Source: an uncultured Chromatiales bacterium (GTDB taxonomy: Bacteria > Pseudomonadota > Gammaproteobacteria > S012-40). From it: a stretch of 64,000 bases of DNA. Below, piece after piece: positions 1-10,211 of this stretch. The stretch is taken from assembly GCA_964442745.1 (NCBI GenBank), contig CAYUAI010000011.1, positions 4,873 through 68,872 on the forward strand. The letters run 5' to 3'. The position numbers were made by a program, and so were the translations under genes. The notes below the pieces were generated by a model. That model saw only the letters and a list, made by a program, of their open reading frames with translations. It had not been told where the DNA came from and did no database searches. The number at the start of each line of letters is the position of its first letter. Position 1 is the stretch's first letter.

Positions 1-205
1 TACCCTGGTGGCAGATACCAAAAAAGGATTACGGCCTAGCTTCTCCAGTGCCGCCGCCCCCGACGACGCCGCCCGCTTATTCCATCACATCCTCACCGTC
101 AGTTCAACCATGTACCACAACATTGCTCAAGGACAGTTTGGTGCAGATATGCAGGTGAGTCTGACGAACGATGGCCCGGTGACTTTTTTATTGAATCAGT
201 CTTAA
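1..205 (+). CDS. dtd: D-aminoacyl-tRNA deacylase, C-terminal fragment (gene begins upstream of window)
   Basis: The C-terminal peptide ...GQFGADMQVSLTNDGPVTF matches the conserved end of Dtd. The ORF is open to the window edge. Confidence 0.6.
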   Translation, partial: TLVADTKKGLRPSFSSAAAPDDAARLFHHILTVSSTMYHNIAQGQFGADMQVSLTNDGPVTFLLNQS

Positions 206-342
206 CACCAACGTCGCCTGAAGACAGTGCCACGTAATCCGGGGAAAACGCAGCCCCTCTCCGGATTCCATGCCCATTCCTTATACCTCACTTCCCAGCA
301 TTGATAGAAATATACAGCTCAAGAAAATTTTAATTGATAAAT

Positions 343-359
343 ACCCCTCAGGGGTATAA
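343..359. promoter_or_regulatory. Putative CsoR-type operator: GC-rich inverted repeat ATACCCC-TCA-GGGGTAT just upstream of the copA ATG at 370
   Basis: Perfect 7-bp arms with a 3-nt spacer, seen directly. It resembles TACCC...GGGTA operators bound by CsoR-family copper sensors, and csoR lies in the same operon. Confidence 0.35.
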
Positions 360-369
360 ACTAATTCAC

Positions 370-2760
370 ATGAATAGTGCGACTCGCCAATACTTGCAAA
401 ACCTCACCTTACCCATTGAAGGGATGACCTGCGCCGCCTGCGCCAATCGCTTGGAAAAAGTACTGAACCGACTCCCCAGCACCCACGCGACAGTCAACTT
501 CGCTTCGGAAACCGCCCATATTGAATACGACCCAAGTGCCACCCCTAGCGATCAATTTATCAATCACGTTAAATCAACGGGTTTTCACGTACCTAACCAA
601 CACAGTCAACTAGTTATTGGAGGAATGACCTGCGCCGCTTGCGCGATTCGTTTGGAAAAGGTGCTCAATCGAATCAATGGCGTAACAGCGCAAGTTAACT
701 TCGCCACCGAACAAGCGACAATCGATTATCCCGCCACCCTGGCTAGCAGTGATGTGATTATGGCCATCCAAAAAGCCGGTTTTCAAGCCCATATCCGCGA
801 AGACAATACCCGCCTAGCCGAACAACAACGCAAAGGTCAGGCAATCAAGCATGATTTGTTGATCTTTGTCATCGCTGTTGCATTAACCACCCCGTTCATG
901 GTGCAAATGGTCGCGATGTTATTCGGCGTTGGAGATGAAATTTTGCCTCGCTGGATACAATGGATATTGGCCACCCCGCTGCAGTTTTGGATAGGCAAAC
1001 GTTTTTACATCGGTGCCTGGAACGCATTGCGCAGTGGTGGCGCTAATATGGACGTATTAGTTGCCCTTGGTACCTCCATGGCCTATTTTTTCAGCGCCAT
1101 TGTGACAATTTTCGATCTTCAACAACATGTTTACTTTGAAGCCAGTGCCGCCATTATCACGCTCGTATTAATGGGCAAACTACTCGAATCCCACGCTAAA
1201 CATAAAACCTCAGAAGCCATTGAATCGCTCATCAAACTGCAACCTAAAACAGCACGACTGTTAAAAAATGGCGAACTCATTGAAGTCAATGTGGCCGAGT
1301 TAAAACGAGCGGATATTTTCGTGGTACGCGCCGGGGAAAATGTTCCCGTTGATGGCGAAGTCATCGACGGCCAATCCAATCTCGATGAATCGTTATTAAC
1401 CGGTGAAAGCATGCCGGTCACCAAGCAAATGGGCGCCTCCGTCTATGCTGGCACGTTAAATCAACAAGGTCAGTTGCAATGCCGCGCCACCGGGGTTGGC
1501 AGCCAAACCCAATTAGCCGCCATCATTCGTTTAGTTGAGCAAGCACAAGGCTCCAAAGCCCCGATCCAACAACTGGCTGATCGCATTGCCGGCCTATTCG
1601 TCCCCATTGTGATCGCCATCAGTATCGTCACATTACTGGCCGGCTGGGGTCTACTTGGCAGTTTTACCGACGCCTTAATCAATGCCGTCGCGGTATTGGT
1701 CATCGCCTGCCCTTGCGCACTGGGACTCGCCACCCCCACCGCCATCATGGTAGGCACCGGGCGCGGCGCCCAAAATGGCCTATTAGTCAAAAATGCCACC
1801 GCCCTGGAACACGCCGAGCATATCCGCACCTTAATTATCGATAAAACCGGCACCCTGACCGAAGGCAAGCCAAAAGTCACCGATATATGCCCAGCGACTA
1901 ACGATCACACGATACCTGAGATACTCACTATCGCAGCGACGTTAGAACAAGGCTCAGAGCATCCTCTGGCTCGCGCCATTCTCGATGATGCCAAACAACA
2001 GAAAATCACACTACAGCGAGTTGATCACTTTTATAGTCACGTTGGCGAAGGCGTTTCTGGACAAATCGATGCTCAGGATTATTGGTTAGGTGCACCACAT
2101 ATTGCCCTACAACGCGGCATTTATCTCGATCTCACCACCCTCGAACACCTACAAGAGCAAGCGAAAACCGTCATTATTTTAGCCAAAGGCACGCAAAACC
2201 TCGGCTACATTGCCATCGCCGATCAACTAAGAAAGAGCTCATTGACCGCCGTACAGCGCTTGCAACAAATGGGAATAGAGCTGGTCATGCTGACCGGCGA
2301 TAACAGTAAAACAGCACAGGCCGTTGCTCAACAAGCCGGCATTAAGCAATTCGCCGCCAACCTACGCCCTCAAGATAAGGCCGATGCAGTGAATCGTTAT
2401 CGCAATCAAAAAATTCATGTCGGCATGGTCGGAGACGGTATTAACGATGCACCGGCATTAGCCGCCGCCGATGTCAGCTTCGCGGTGGGTGGCGGCTCGG
2501 ATGTTGCCATTGAAGCGGCAGATATCACCTTAATGCGCAATGACCTCAACGGCGTTGCCGATGCGATTAGTTTATCCCGAGCGACCTTAAAAAAAATACG
2601 CCAGAACCTTTTCTTTGCTTTTATTTATAACATCATCGGCATCCCACTCGCCGCCATTGGCCTGCTAAATCCAGTCATCGCCGGCGCCGCCATGGCGATG
2701 TCATCGGTATCGGTGGTCACTAACTCGCTATTATTAAAACGCTGGAAAGCAACCAAATAA
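370..2760 (+). CDS. copA: Copper-translocating P1B-type ATPase with two N-terminal HMA (GMTCAAC) metal-binding domains. The ORF track starts at a TTG at 334, but the ATG at 370 is preferred because the operator lies upstream of it.
   Basis: Two tandem GMTCAACAxRLEKVLNR HMA motifs are present. The CPC transmembrane metal site (CPCALGLATP), DKTGTLT phosphorylation motif and GDGINDAPAL hinge are also present. Confidence 0.9.
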   Translation: MNSATRQYLQNLTLPIEGMTCAACANRLEKVLNRLPSTHATVNFASETAHIEYDPSATPSDQFINHVKSTGFHVPNQHSQLVIGGMTCAACAIRLEKVLNRINGVTAQVNFATEQATIDYPATLASSDVIMAIQKAGFQAHIREDNTRLAEQQRKGQAIKHDLLIFVIAVALTTPFMVQMVAMLFGVGDEILPRWIQWILATPLQFWIGKRFYIGAWNALRSGGANMDVLVALGTSMAYFFSAIVTIFDLQQHVYFEASAAIITLVLMGKLLESHAKHKTSEAIESLIKLQPKTARLLKNGELIEVNVAELKRADIFVVRAGENVPVDGEVIDGQSNLDESLLTGESMPVTKQMGASVYAGTLNQQGQLQCRATGVGSQTQLAAIIRLVEQAQGSKAPIQQLADRIAGLFVPIVIAISIVTLLAGWGLLGSFTDALINAVAVLVIACPCALGLATPTAIMVGTGRGAQNGLLVKNATALEHAEHIRTLIIDKTGTLTEGKPKVTDICPATNDHTIPEILTIAATLEQGSEHPLARAILDDAKQQKITLQRVDHFYSHVGEGVSGQIDAQDYWLGAPHIALQRGIYLDLTTLEHLQEQAKTVIILAKGTQNLGYIAIADQLRKSSLTAVQRLQQMGIELVMLTGDNSKTAQAVAQQAGIKQFAANLRPQDKADAVNRYRNQKIHVGMVGDGINDAPALAAADVSFAVGGGSDVAIEAADITLMRNDLNGVADAISLSRATLKKIRQNLFFAFIYNIIGIPLAAIGLLNPVIAGAAMAMSSVSVVTNSLLLKRWKATK

Positions 2761-2799
2761 CATCACGATACGTTTCACCACCATGATCAGGAGCAATCA

Positions 2800-3009
2800 A
2801 TGAAACAAATTACCTTAAAAATTTCGGGCATGACTTGTCATGGTTGCGTCACTAGCGTAACCAATGTATTGCAAGCCATCCCTGGGGTGAGCCAAGTCCA
2901 AGTCACACTTGAGCCCGGCGCCGCTAACCTCACATTCGATGCAACGCAAACGAATAGTGAGGCCCTTCATCAAGCCATCCAAACGGCGGGCTTCAATGTC
3001 ATCCGCTAA
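2800..3009 (+). CDS. copZ: Copper chaperone (single HMA domain)
   Basis: 69 aa with a GMTCHGC metal-binding motif and an RBS-like GGAGCAA upstream. Confidence 0.85.
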   Translation: MKQITLKISGMTCHGCVTSVTNVLQAIPGVSQVQVTLEPGAANLTFDATQTNSEALHQAIQTAGFNVIR

Positions 3010-3292
3010 AGAAACTCACCATAAGTCGACCATTCAACCGCGCAAAAAAGCTTTATTGAGCCGCTTAAAACGGGCCGAAGGCCAAGTACGCGGGGTCGCT
3101 AAAATGATCGAAGACGATCGTTACTGCATCGACATACTCACGCAAATTACGGCACTTCGCTCAGCGCTTGATGCCGTCGCAATCCAGCTCATCGAAGATC
3201 ACACTAAAGGTTGCGTAAAGGATTCGATTCGCCAGGGTGACGACGCCGCCATTGATGAATTGATAACTATCGTCAAACGTTTTGCACGTTAG
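2996..3292 (+). CDS. csoR: CsoR/RcnR-family metal-sensing transcriptional repressor (copper-sensitive operon repressor). It overlaps the copZ 3' end by 14 bp.
   Basis: The R..GQ..G...MIEDDRYCIDIL...H..GC signature of DUF156/CsoR with its Cys-His-Cys ligand set. A start at ATG 2996 gives about 98 aa; the ORF track's 2909 start would add an unlikely N-extension. Confidence 0.75.
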   Translation: MSSAKETHHKSTIQPRKKALLSRLKRAEGQVRGVAKMIEDDRYCIDILTQITALRSALDAVAIQLIEDHTKGCVKDSIRQGDDAAIDELITIVKRFAR

Positions 3293-3562
3293 AAACTGCC
3301 GATGATACTCCTCTGCCATAGAGTGAGGAATGAGCACGCAAAAACGGTATTTTAAGTTGCGAACCCACCTATATACTGCTAGGCTTATGGCTTGTTCGTG
3401 TATGATTCAAGTAGGGTAGGCTTTTGATGGGTAATGAACAAATTAGTGGTGAACGTATGATGATTAACGGGCGACAAGCTCGATAATGACTTCTGAAGTA
3501 TCTTTCTCCTCTCCTTCCTGCATGACGATTACATTATATATAACGTTGAATTTTAAGGAATA

Positions 3563-3772
3563 TTGCCAGTGAATATTGGTACTGTAAAATGGTTTGACGC
3601 CGCCAAAGGCTTTGGTTTTATTACACCGGAAGACGGCAGCAAGGATATTTTTGTGCATCACAGCGCGATAACGGGCTCAGGCTACAAAAGTTTGGATGAA
3701 GGGCAACGCGTCCAATACTCCGTACAAGACGGCCCGAAAGGCCCTTCCGCTGCCGATGTAAGCGCGGCCTAA
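3563..3772 (+). CDS. Cold-shock protein (CspA family)
   Basis: [31 protein letters not shown] is the canonical CSD RNP1/RNP2 pattern. The start may be TTG 3563 or GTG 3569. Confidence 0.85.
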   Translation: MPVNIGTVKWFDAAKGFGFITPEDGSKDIFVHHSAITGSGYKSLDEGQRVQYSVQDGPKGPSAADVSAA

Positions 3773-3800
3773 CGCCCAATTCATAACACTAGCATCACAA

Positions 3801-3828
3801 AAACCCCACCAAGCTGGCGGGGTTTTTA
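3801..3828 (+). terminator. Rho-independent terminator after the csp gene
   Basis: CCCCACC-AAGCT-GGCGGGG stem-loop followed by TTTTT. Confidence 0.5.
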
Positions 3829-3890
3829 TATGATAACGGCTCAAAAAACCAGCTAGATCTCTTTGTAAAACACTCAAAAATTATATTTTC

Positions 3891-5171
3891 ATGTCATTTT
3901 CTACTCTTGGTTTATCGGATCCTATTTTGCGCGCACTCAGCGACAAAGGCTATAAAGACCCAACCCCCATCCAAGCCCAAGCCATACCGCCAATCATCGC
4001 CGGACGGGACGTTATGGCGGCAGCGCAAACCGGCACCGGTAAAACGGCAGGGTTCACTCTCCCGCTTTTGCACCGACTTGCTGAAGGGCATCGAGCAAAG
4101 CCAAACTCAGTGCGCGCACTGGTACTCACACCAACCCGCGAGCTTGCAGCACAAGTCAATGAAAATGTCTCACAGTACAGCAAACACCTGTCTTTGCGAT
4201 CTGCCGTGGTGTTTGGCGGCGTCAAAATCAACCCACAGATGATGAAATTACGCCAAGGTGTTGATGTATTAGTCGCCACCCCCGGCCGTTTAATGGATTT
4301 ATACCACCAGAATGCCATCAAATTTAATCAGCTTGAAATCCTGGTTCTTGATGAGGCAGACCGAATGCTTGATATGGGCTTTATCAATGACATTCGCAAA
4401 ATACTTTCCCTGTTGCCGAAACAACGTCAAAATCTGATGTTTTCTGCCACCTTCTCAAGCGACATTAGTAAATTAACTAAGGGACTGCTAAACAATCCGG
4501 TACAAATCGACGTGAGCCCGCTCAGCACAACCGCGGTGTTGGTGAAACAAATGGTCCACCCAGTCGATAAAAAAACGAAATCCAGATTACTAACCCATTT
4601 AATTCGGAAAAATGACTGGGATCAAATCTTGGTTTTCGCCCGGACCAAACGCGGAGCAAACCGGCTCGCTTTACAACTGGAAAAAAACAAAATTCATGCA
4701 CAAGCGATTCATGGCGACAAGAGTCAGAGCGCACGAACACGGGCCTTGGCAAACTTTAAACAAGGCAAAGTAAAAGTTCTGGTCGCCACCGATATCGCCG
4801 CCAGAGGCATTGATATTTCAGAGTTACCCCATGTGATAAATTTTGACCTGCCGGATACGGCGGAAAACTATGTGCATCGCATTGGCCGAACGGGTCGCGC
4901 CGGGGCCAGTGGAGAAGCGATCTCTTTGGTCTGCGCGGATGAAGTCGACGCCCTATCTGACATAGAAAACTTGATTGGTAAATTATTACCCCGAAAGATA
5001 ATTAATGGATTTGAACCCGATCATGATCTACCAGAAACGCGGCTGACCGAAAAAAAAACCAAATCACGGATAAAAAAACCTAAAACAGCCCCTCCTGCTA
5101 GCCCCAAACAGACCAAAAAAAACACCCCTCCCCTTCCACGTCGGAAGCCAATGAAATCAATGCCTAAATGA
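3891..5171 (+). CDS. rhlE: ATP-dependent DEAD-box RNA helicase (RhlE-like) with a Lys/Pro-rich basic C-terminal tail
   Basis: Q-motif (TPIQAQAIP), Walker A (AQTGTGKT), DEAD, SAT and [10 protein letters not shown] motifs. Confidence 0.85.
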   Translation: MSFSTLGLSDPILRALSDKGYKDPTPIQAQAIPPIIAGRDVMAAAQTGTGKTAGFTLPLLHRLAEGHRAKPNSVRALVLTPTRELAAQVNENVSQYSKHLSLRSAVVFGGVKINPQMMKLRQGVDVLVATPGRLMDLYHQNAIKFNQLEILVLDEADRMLDMGFINDIRKILSLLPKQRQNLMFSATFSSDISKLTKGLLNNPVQIDVSPLSTTAVLVKQMVHPVDKKTKSRLLTHLIRKNDWDQILVFARTKRGANRLALQLEKNKIHAQAIHGDKSQSARTRALANFKQGKVKVLVATDIAARGIDISELPHVINFDLPDTAENYVHRIGRTGRAGASGEAISLVCADEVDALSDIENLIGKLLPRKIINGFEPDHDLPETRLTEKKTKSRIKKPKTAPPASPKQTKKNTPPLPRRKPMKSMPK

Positions 5172-5184
5172 TAAGCGAAAAACA

Positions 5185-5208
5185 GGGAAGTTATTCCATG
5201 CGCATTCC
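5185..5208. repeat. Core copy of dispersed repeat family 2 (GGAATG(C/G)GCATGGAATAACTTCCC in reverse orientation) immediately after the rhlE stop
   Basis: A 24-bp match to the ends of the elements at 28475 and 51947. Confidence 0.35.
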
Positions 5209-5638
5209 TTACCTAAGTATACGCATTTCATTTGTTACCGTTTGATTCCGTTTTTAGCCACGATTGAATAAATTTTATCTCGTATTCACGATGGTTAGTA
5301 CGGTATACTATTATTGAATGTTTTAATGAATAGGATAAAAATGGCAGGAAACCCCTTAGGCTCGTTGGCTCAAGTCGCCAAATAAGATCTCAAAATCCAT
5401 ATTGAGCCAACTCTATTTTACAAAAAACTGACGGTGAAAGAAATATAGACAATATTGTTTCTGCGGTGACTGGACTATTATCAGCCAATGATGAGAGTAT
5501 TGACATCATGAACCTGGTCTCGAAAGTTGTTCTAGATATTTTGATAGCGGACGATCAAAAGGCGAGATTTCTTTTTCTCACTTCAGATAAATTTCGTAAT
5601 ACGCTTTAGTATAGATACATGTATGAGGAGTCAATGTT

Positions 5639-5977
5639 GTGAAGGTTATTCTTAAAAAAAGTGATGCACGGGAACCATATACTTTTAGTTTTGTAAACAA
5701 TGACGGCGCCACCTTAGTAAGAAGTGAAAATTATGCCGCTAAAAAGAGTGCCGTCAATGGAATTGCGTCGGTTAAAAAAAATTGTATTGATGACCATCGA
5801 TATGAATTGAAAGAATCGAAAAATGGAAAATTTTTCTTTAACATCAAAGCATCAAATGGCCAAATCGTAGCGACGAGTACCTTATTTGCGACACCAGCCA
5901 TGAGAGATGAAGCTATTTCACAAATGAAAAGTGAAGCGCCAGAGGCCGTAGAGACAGAGGCTGAAGTCGAAGCATAA
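5639..5977 (+). CDS. YegP/DUF1508-family protein (two tandem DUF1508 repeats)
   Basis: Two repeated about 45-aa modules (YTFSFVNNDGATLVRSENYAAKKSAVNGIASVKKN and GKFFFNIKASNGQIVATSTLFATPAMRDEAISQM). GTG start with a GAGGAG RBS. Confidence 0.55.
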   Translation: MKVILKKSDAREPYTFSFVNNDGATLVRSENYAAKKSAVNGIASVKKNCIDDHRYELKESKNGKFFFNIKASNGQIVATSTLFATPAMRDEAISQMKSEAPEAVETEAEVEA

Positions 5978-5991
5978 CGCAGAGATAAATG

Positions 5992-6030
5992 TCCTGCAGC
6001 CGAGTTTTATTGCTGCGGGGCTCTATTTGC
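5992..6030 (+). terminator. Possible intrinsic terminator after the DUF1508 gene
   Basis: Imperfect stem CCTGCAGC ... GCTGCGGG followed by a T-rich tract. Weak. Confidence 0.3.
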
Positions 6031-6424
6031 TACTATTTTTTTCCACATCAAAAAACGCTTTTACCCACAACAAACGGCTCTTTGCTGACACATCAACTTC
6101 CTACCCTTAACCTCGTGTGCCACCAGCCACAATCTGTCCATTAGAAATAGGCAATACGCATACTCAGCACAGCCATAAATAGGGCGTCTAGCCATTAAAT
6201 TTTAATCGCCTCACCCCTGTTTTTTGACATATAAATTAAAACCTCTCTGGCGTTTATTTGATGTATAATGTGCTTAATTTTGACCAAATGGTTTTGATCG
6301 TTATTCATACAAAACAAATAGATCTATTGACTCTATCACTTAGCGATGAATAGCCAACCAAGCCCGCCGATTAATATGGTTCATTATCTTGGTCTACAAT
6401 ATTAGCCTAGGAATTATTCAAGTC

Positions 6425-6988
6425 ATGCGAATCCGCTTTATTTTTGTTATTTTATTTTGGTTACCGTTGACATCTTTATCATTTGCGACAGAGCAAAAAA
6501 AGTTAGTGAGTGAATTTTGGAGCTCAGGCAAACATTTTCAACTGACAGGCGAAACCATTCTCATTGCAGAAGATGGCATCCATGACCCAAGCAATATTAC
6601 CGCAATGTATGGATTACAACCACCGGTCGATGCCATGAAAAATTTTCCACGTGACGATGCCGGCTTAATTGATTGGGTGCAAGCCTTAAGCAAGGGGCAT
6701 ATCGCCCCTCGCTCCGATTTATACGGTACCAGCAAAGATTTAAAACCATTGGATCTGGATATTATTTTTACCAATACAGCTTCCATGCCCAAGGTCCGCT
6801 TTCCACACAAAGCCCATACAGAATGGCTTACTTGCAAAAATTGTCATCCAGGTATTTTTAAACAGAAAAAAGGCGCAAATACCATTAAAATGGATGATAT
6901 CTTAAAAGGTAAATATTGCGGGGTATGCCATGGCAAAGTCGCCTTCGCTCCGACAAAGAATTGCCTGCGTTGTCATTCTGTAAAATAG
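6425..6988 (+). CDS. Secreted c-type cytochrome with a C-terminal cytochrome c7-like (PpcA-like) triheme domain fused to a roughly 110-aa N-terminal domain. The ORF track starts at 6389.
   Basis: Signal peptide (MRIRFIFVILFWLPLTSLSFA) and three CxxCH motifs (CKNCH, CGVCH, CLRCH). The VRFPHKAH...CKNCH spacing resembles the Geobacter triheme c7 family. Confidence 0.6.
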   Translation: MRIRFIFVILFWLPLTSLSFATEQKKLVSEFWSSGKHFQLTGETILIAEDGIHDPSNITAMYGLQPPVDAMKNFPRDDAGLIDWVQALSKGHIAPRSDLYGTSKDLKPLDLDIIFTNTASMPKVRFPHKAHTEWLTCKNCHPGIFKQKKGANTIKMDDILKGKYCGVCHGKVAFAPTKNCLRCHSVK

Positions 6989-7364
6989 CCCAGTGATTTT
7001 AAATCACAGTATTTTGAATTTAGCAGTGTCGTTGTGCACGGCTGCTCATCCGTTTTTAAACACGTAACAGTCAAAGCAACCATCCCGCAGTATTGATTCC
7101 AAGCTTTCCGCATTGTGCGCTAAATAAATCTCCCAACTTCGTATCGATCTCTATCTGACTAATAAACATAACTATATAAAATAAACCATCAATGCAAGCC
7201 ATGTGTCAGGCTGATGAAAGCCGCCTGACAAGCGAATCATTTATTCTAGCAAACCGGTTGAACGCAAGACGAAAGAACAAAATATCGTTTTCAAAATAAT
7301 TAAAAACAGGCTCTAACTGATCATTGCTAGCAATAAAAACCGCAACTCAATGGAGTGTATAGAT

Positions 7365-8105
7365 ATGAAATTAAACACCAAACTTGGACTGGTAACTTGT
7401 CTCGCCTTTGCGACCTTCAGTAATGCAAATTTCGCGTCGAATTATGAAATGCAAAATTATAATTATGATAGCAACAGTAGTAGTCGCCCGATGCTAAAAT
7501 TCAAAAATGAGCGTCTTGAGCTTCTTGAAGAAACAAGAATTAACCGGGCAAAATCCAAGATTAAACGATATGAAGATCGTATCGATATTCGCATTAATAC
7601 TCGAGAGCTACCTCCCGGAGCCTATACTGTGTGGATGATGACCTTTGACAATCCAGAAGCATGTAGCGACCTCGATTGCGGAGAAGATGATATATTTCTG
7701 GACATGTTGACAGCCGACAGACGACTCAATCGTGATCAAATTGAAGCGGCTCAAATTTCTGGATTCTGGGTAACGGGCGGTATCGCGGGTTCCGATGGCC
7801 GAGCTTATTTTGCTGAGACCATCGAAATTGGAAATCTGCCCGGCCGCTTATTATTTGGACCATCCGATGGAAACTACTTCGAGAACCCCCAAGGGGCGGA
7901 TATTATGTTCCAGATACGCTACCACGGTAACCCCGCTTGGGGTATGCCTGAACAGCTTGGGCTTCAAATTAGTACTTTTAAGGGATATTGCGATCAGTTC
8001 AACCAAGATAACTTAAATCTGAAAGGTAAACCGGTAGGCTGTTATGAACCGCAGTTTTCTATGCACTCCAAACAACATGAAATTGAGCTTTATCTTTACT
8101 GGTAG
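7365..8105 (+). CDS. Hypothetical secreted protein (ORF track starts at 7350)
   Basis: N-terminal signal peptide (MKLNTKLGLVTCLAFATFSNA). No recognizable domain. Confidence 0.45.
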   Translation: MKLNTKLGLVTCLAFATFSNANFASNYEMQNYNYDSNSSSRPMLKFKNERLELLEETRINRAKSKIKRYEDRIDIRINTRELPPGAYTVWMMTFDNPEACSDLDCGEDDIFLDMLTADRRLNRDQIEAAQISGFWVTGGIAGSDGRAYFAETIEIGNLPGRLLFGPSDGNYFENPQGADIMFQIRYHGNPAWGMPEQLGLQISTFKGYCDQFNQDNLNLKGKPVGCYEPQFSMHSKQHEIELYLYW

Positions 8106-8492
8106 AAATGCGATTCCGGCTCTGTTTTACAGCGTCGGCTTTGTTGGCTCCGGCGCTTGCCTCCTACCCCATTCCCTGCTCAACCAAAATCTAAAAAAAG
8201 CTGAAATGCTTATTCCGGTTAAAAATAAATCATCTGCTCATCCGCCAAAAGTCACCCAAAAAATTCGACATCGGATTGACACTGCCGTTCGAATGCGATA
8301 TTTTTATCCATTCGAAAAAAAACAGGCTATTTGATAGATTTATCCTACATCGCACTTTCATAACTGCTCATTAAAACAGTTGACTGTACGACTTAAGCCT
8401 ATCCTTCAACATTTTAAAATTGAATCATCGAGCGACGCTTTGTATGGGCTAATGGTTACTCCTAGACTCAATGACCATGGAATACATATTCA

Positions 8493-9287
8493 ATGAAAGC
8501 GTATTTTTTACAGCCCAACAAGGTTATTGTCGATGCCATCGGAATCATACTCATTGGCATTGTTGTCAGTTTTCTACTTTATCGTATTTTCATGCCACCA
8601 AACAATATCGCAGATACTGAACCAGGTCGATTGCTTGCCAAAAATGGGCGCGGCTCAATTCCGACATGCAACAATTGTCATGGTCAGAATGGCGAAGGCG
8701 ACTTTAAAAATGGTCTACCTCGTCTCGCCGGTCTCGATGCAAAATACATTGAAAAGCAATTAGAAGATTTTGCCAGAGACCCGCTGCCGACACGGACTTA
8801 TCTTAAACCGATAACCAAGGATTATACAAAAACACCTCGCACCGATGGCAATCTCACTGTTTTTACACCCGGAATACGTATCAATACGGTGATGAATAAA
8901 CTGGCAAAATTACTGTCTAGGCAAGATCGCCAAAACCTGGCTATTTACTACAGCCAACTGAGATTTGTAGCGCAACCTATCGAACATGATTTTAAAGCCC
9001 TAGAACGTGGCCAAGATCTGGCGCTAAGAGGCAAACCTAAAGATGGTGTACCGGCCTGTCTCTCTTGCCACGGCCCCCTCGGGGAAGGATTTGGACCATT
9101 ATTCCCCCCACTGGCTGGCCAACCCGCCAGCTATATCAAAAAACAAATTACCCACTGGCAAATCGGCAAAAGAGATAATGACAATCAGGCTTTAATGCGC
9201 AATATAGCTAATCAATTAACCGATGACGATAAGCAGCATATCGCCGCCTATTATAGCCATCAATCCTATTCAGTTAATGCAGATTAA
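8493..9287 (+). CDS. Membrane-anchored diheme c-type cytochrome (TsdB-like / cytochrome c4-like)
   Basis: N-terminal TM helix and two CxxCH motifs (CNNCH, CLSCH), each in a cytochrome c domain. Its stop lies 3 bp before the next diheme gene, suggesting a co-transcribed pair. Confidence 0.5.
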   Translation: MKAYFLQPNKVIVDAIGIILIGIVVSFLLYRIFMPPNNIADTEPGRLLAKNGRGSIPTCNNCHGQNGEGDFKNGLPRLAGLDAKYIEKQLEDFARDPLPTRTYLKPITKDYTKTPRTDGNLTVFTPGIRINTVMNKLAKLLSRQDRQNLAIYYSQLRFVAQPIEHDFKALERGQDLALRGKPKDGVPACLSCHGPLGEGFGPLFPPLAGQPASYIKKQITHWQIGKRDNDNQALMRNIANQLTDDDKQHIAAYYSHQSYSVNAD

Positions 9288-9290
9288 ACC

Positions 9291-10205
9291 ATGCGCGTCA
9301 TCAAACTATCGATTTTGCTCATACTATCAATCCCTTTAATCACCAGTCAAGGGCAGGCCGCCACCATGGGGCAAAACCTAAATCCCCAGAAAATCAGAGC
9401 TTCACTCGTCACTCCAGCGCTAAGTTTACCAACAACTTTTGTTCAGACTCAGATCACTAATCCTGGTAAATATTTTATCCCTCCTTTGGTTGCAAATATC
9501 CCGAATGATAAATTTGGTGACATGGTGAGATTGGGCCGTCACATTTTTGTGAATACCCAAAAGTATGCTAAGCGTTATGTAGGTAATGGACTCAATTGCA
9601 CAAGTTGTCATTTACAGGAAGGGCGAAAACCCTACGCGGCCCCGATCTGGGCAGCCTATGGAATGTATCCAATGTACCGTCAAAAAAAACGTTCGGTGGT
9701 AACATATCAAGAGCAAATACAGGACTGTTTCATCTATAGCCTAGACGGTATCGCGCCAACGCTCGATACCCCTGAAATGAAAGCCCTGGTCAGTTATTCA
9801 AAATGGCTATCAAGAGGAGTGCCGATTAATGTTGAATTTCCTGGTCGTGGTTTTCCTCATGTACAACGCTCACAGGACCTGGACCCCAAACGTGGAAAAA
9901 TTATCTATGAAACACGATGCATGATGTGTCACAGAAAAAATGGCCAGGGTCAAAAAAATAAAAATGGTGAAGGTTATATGTTTCCTCCGGTATGGGGCAG
10001 TGACTCTTACAATAAAGGGGCAAGCATGCAACGCATCAAGACCCTGGCAGAATTCATTAAGGGTAACATGCCATTGGGTGCTGGATTTACTTTATCAGAC
10101 CAGGCGGCCCTGGATGTAGCAATGTATATCTGGTTGCAAGATCGCCCAAAAAATCCAAAAAAGAGTTTTATTATGGATTTCTTTTATCCAAATATGTCAC
10201 ATTAG
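9291..10205 (+). CDS. Periplasmic diheme c-type cytochrome, candidate thiosulfate dehydrogenase (TsdA-like)
   Basis: Signal peptide and two heme motifs (CTSCH and CMMCH), with a conserved Cys downstream of heme 1 and a K..M downstream of heme 2. It is paired with an upstream diheme cytochrome as in tsdBA loci. The family assignment is from memory and needs HMM confirmation. Confidence 0.45.
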   Translation: MRVIKLSILLILSIPLITSQGQAATMGQNLNPQKIRASLVTPALSLPTTFVQTQITNPGKYFIPPLVANIPNDKFGDMVRLGRHIFVNTQKYAKRYVGNGLNCTSCHLQEGRKPYAAPIWAAYGMYPMYRQKKRSVVTYQEQIQDCFIYSLDGIAPTLDTPEMKALVSYSKWLSRGVPINVEFPGRGFPHVQRSQDLDPKRGKIIYETRCMMCHRKNGQGQKNKNGEGYMFPPVWGSDSYNKGASMQRIKTLAEFIKGNMPLGAGFTLSDQAALDVAMYIWLQDRPKNPKKSFIMDFFYPNMSH

Positions 10206-10211
10206 TCACTT

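Noticed and set aside
3907-4321. Alternative-frame and antisense ORFs inside rhlE (3907-4242 on + and 3950-4321 on -).
   Set aside because: They are embedded in a well-supported DEAD-box helicase frame and have Arg/Ser-rich compositions typical of off-frame translations.
8044-8334. 96-aa ORF overlapping the 3' end of the 7365-8105 gene.
   Set aside because: Out-of-frame overlap with a stronger ORF and low-complexity sequence. Probably spurious.
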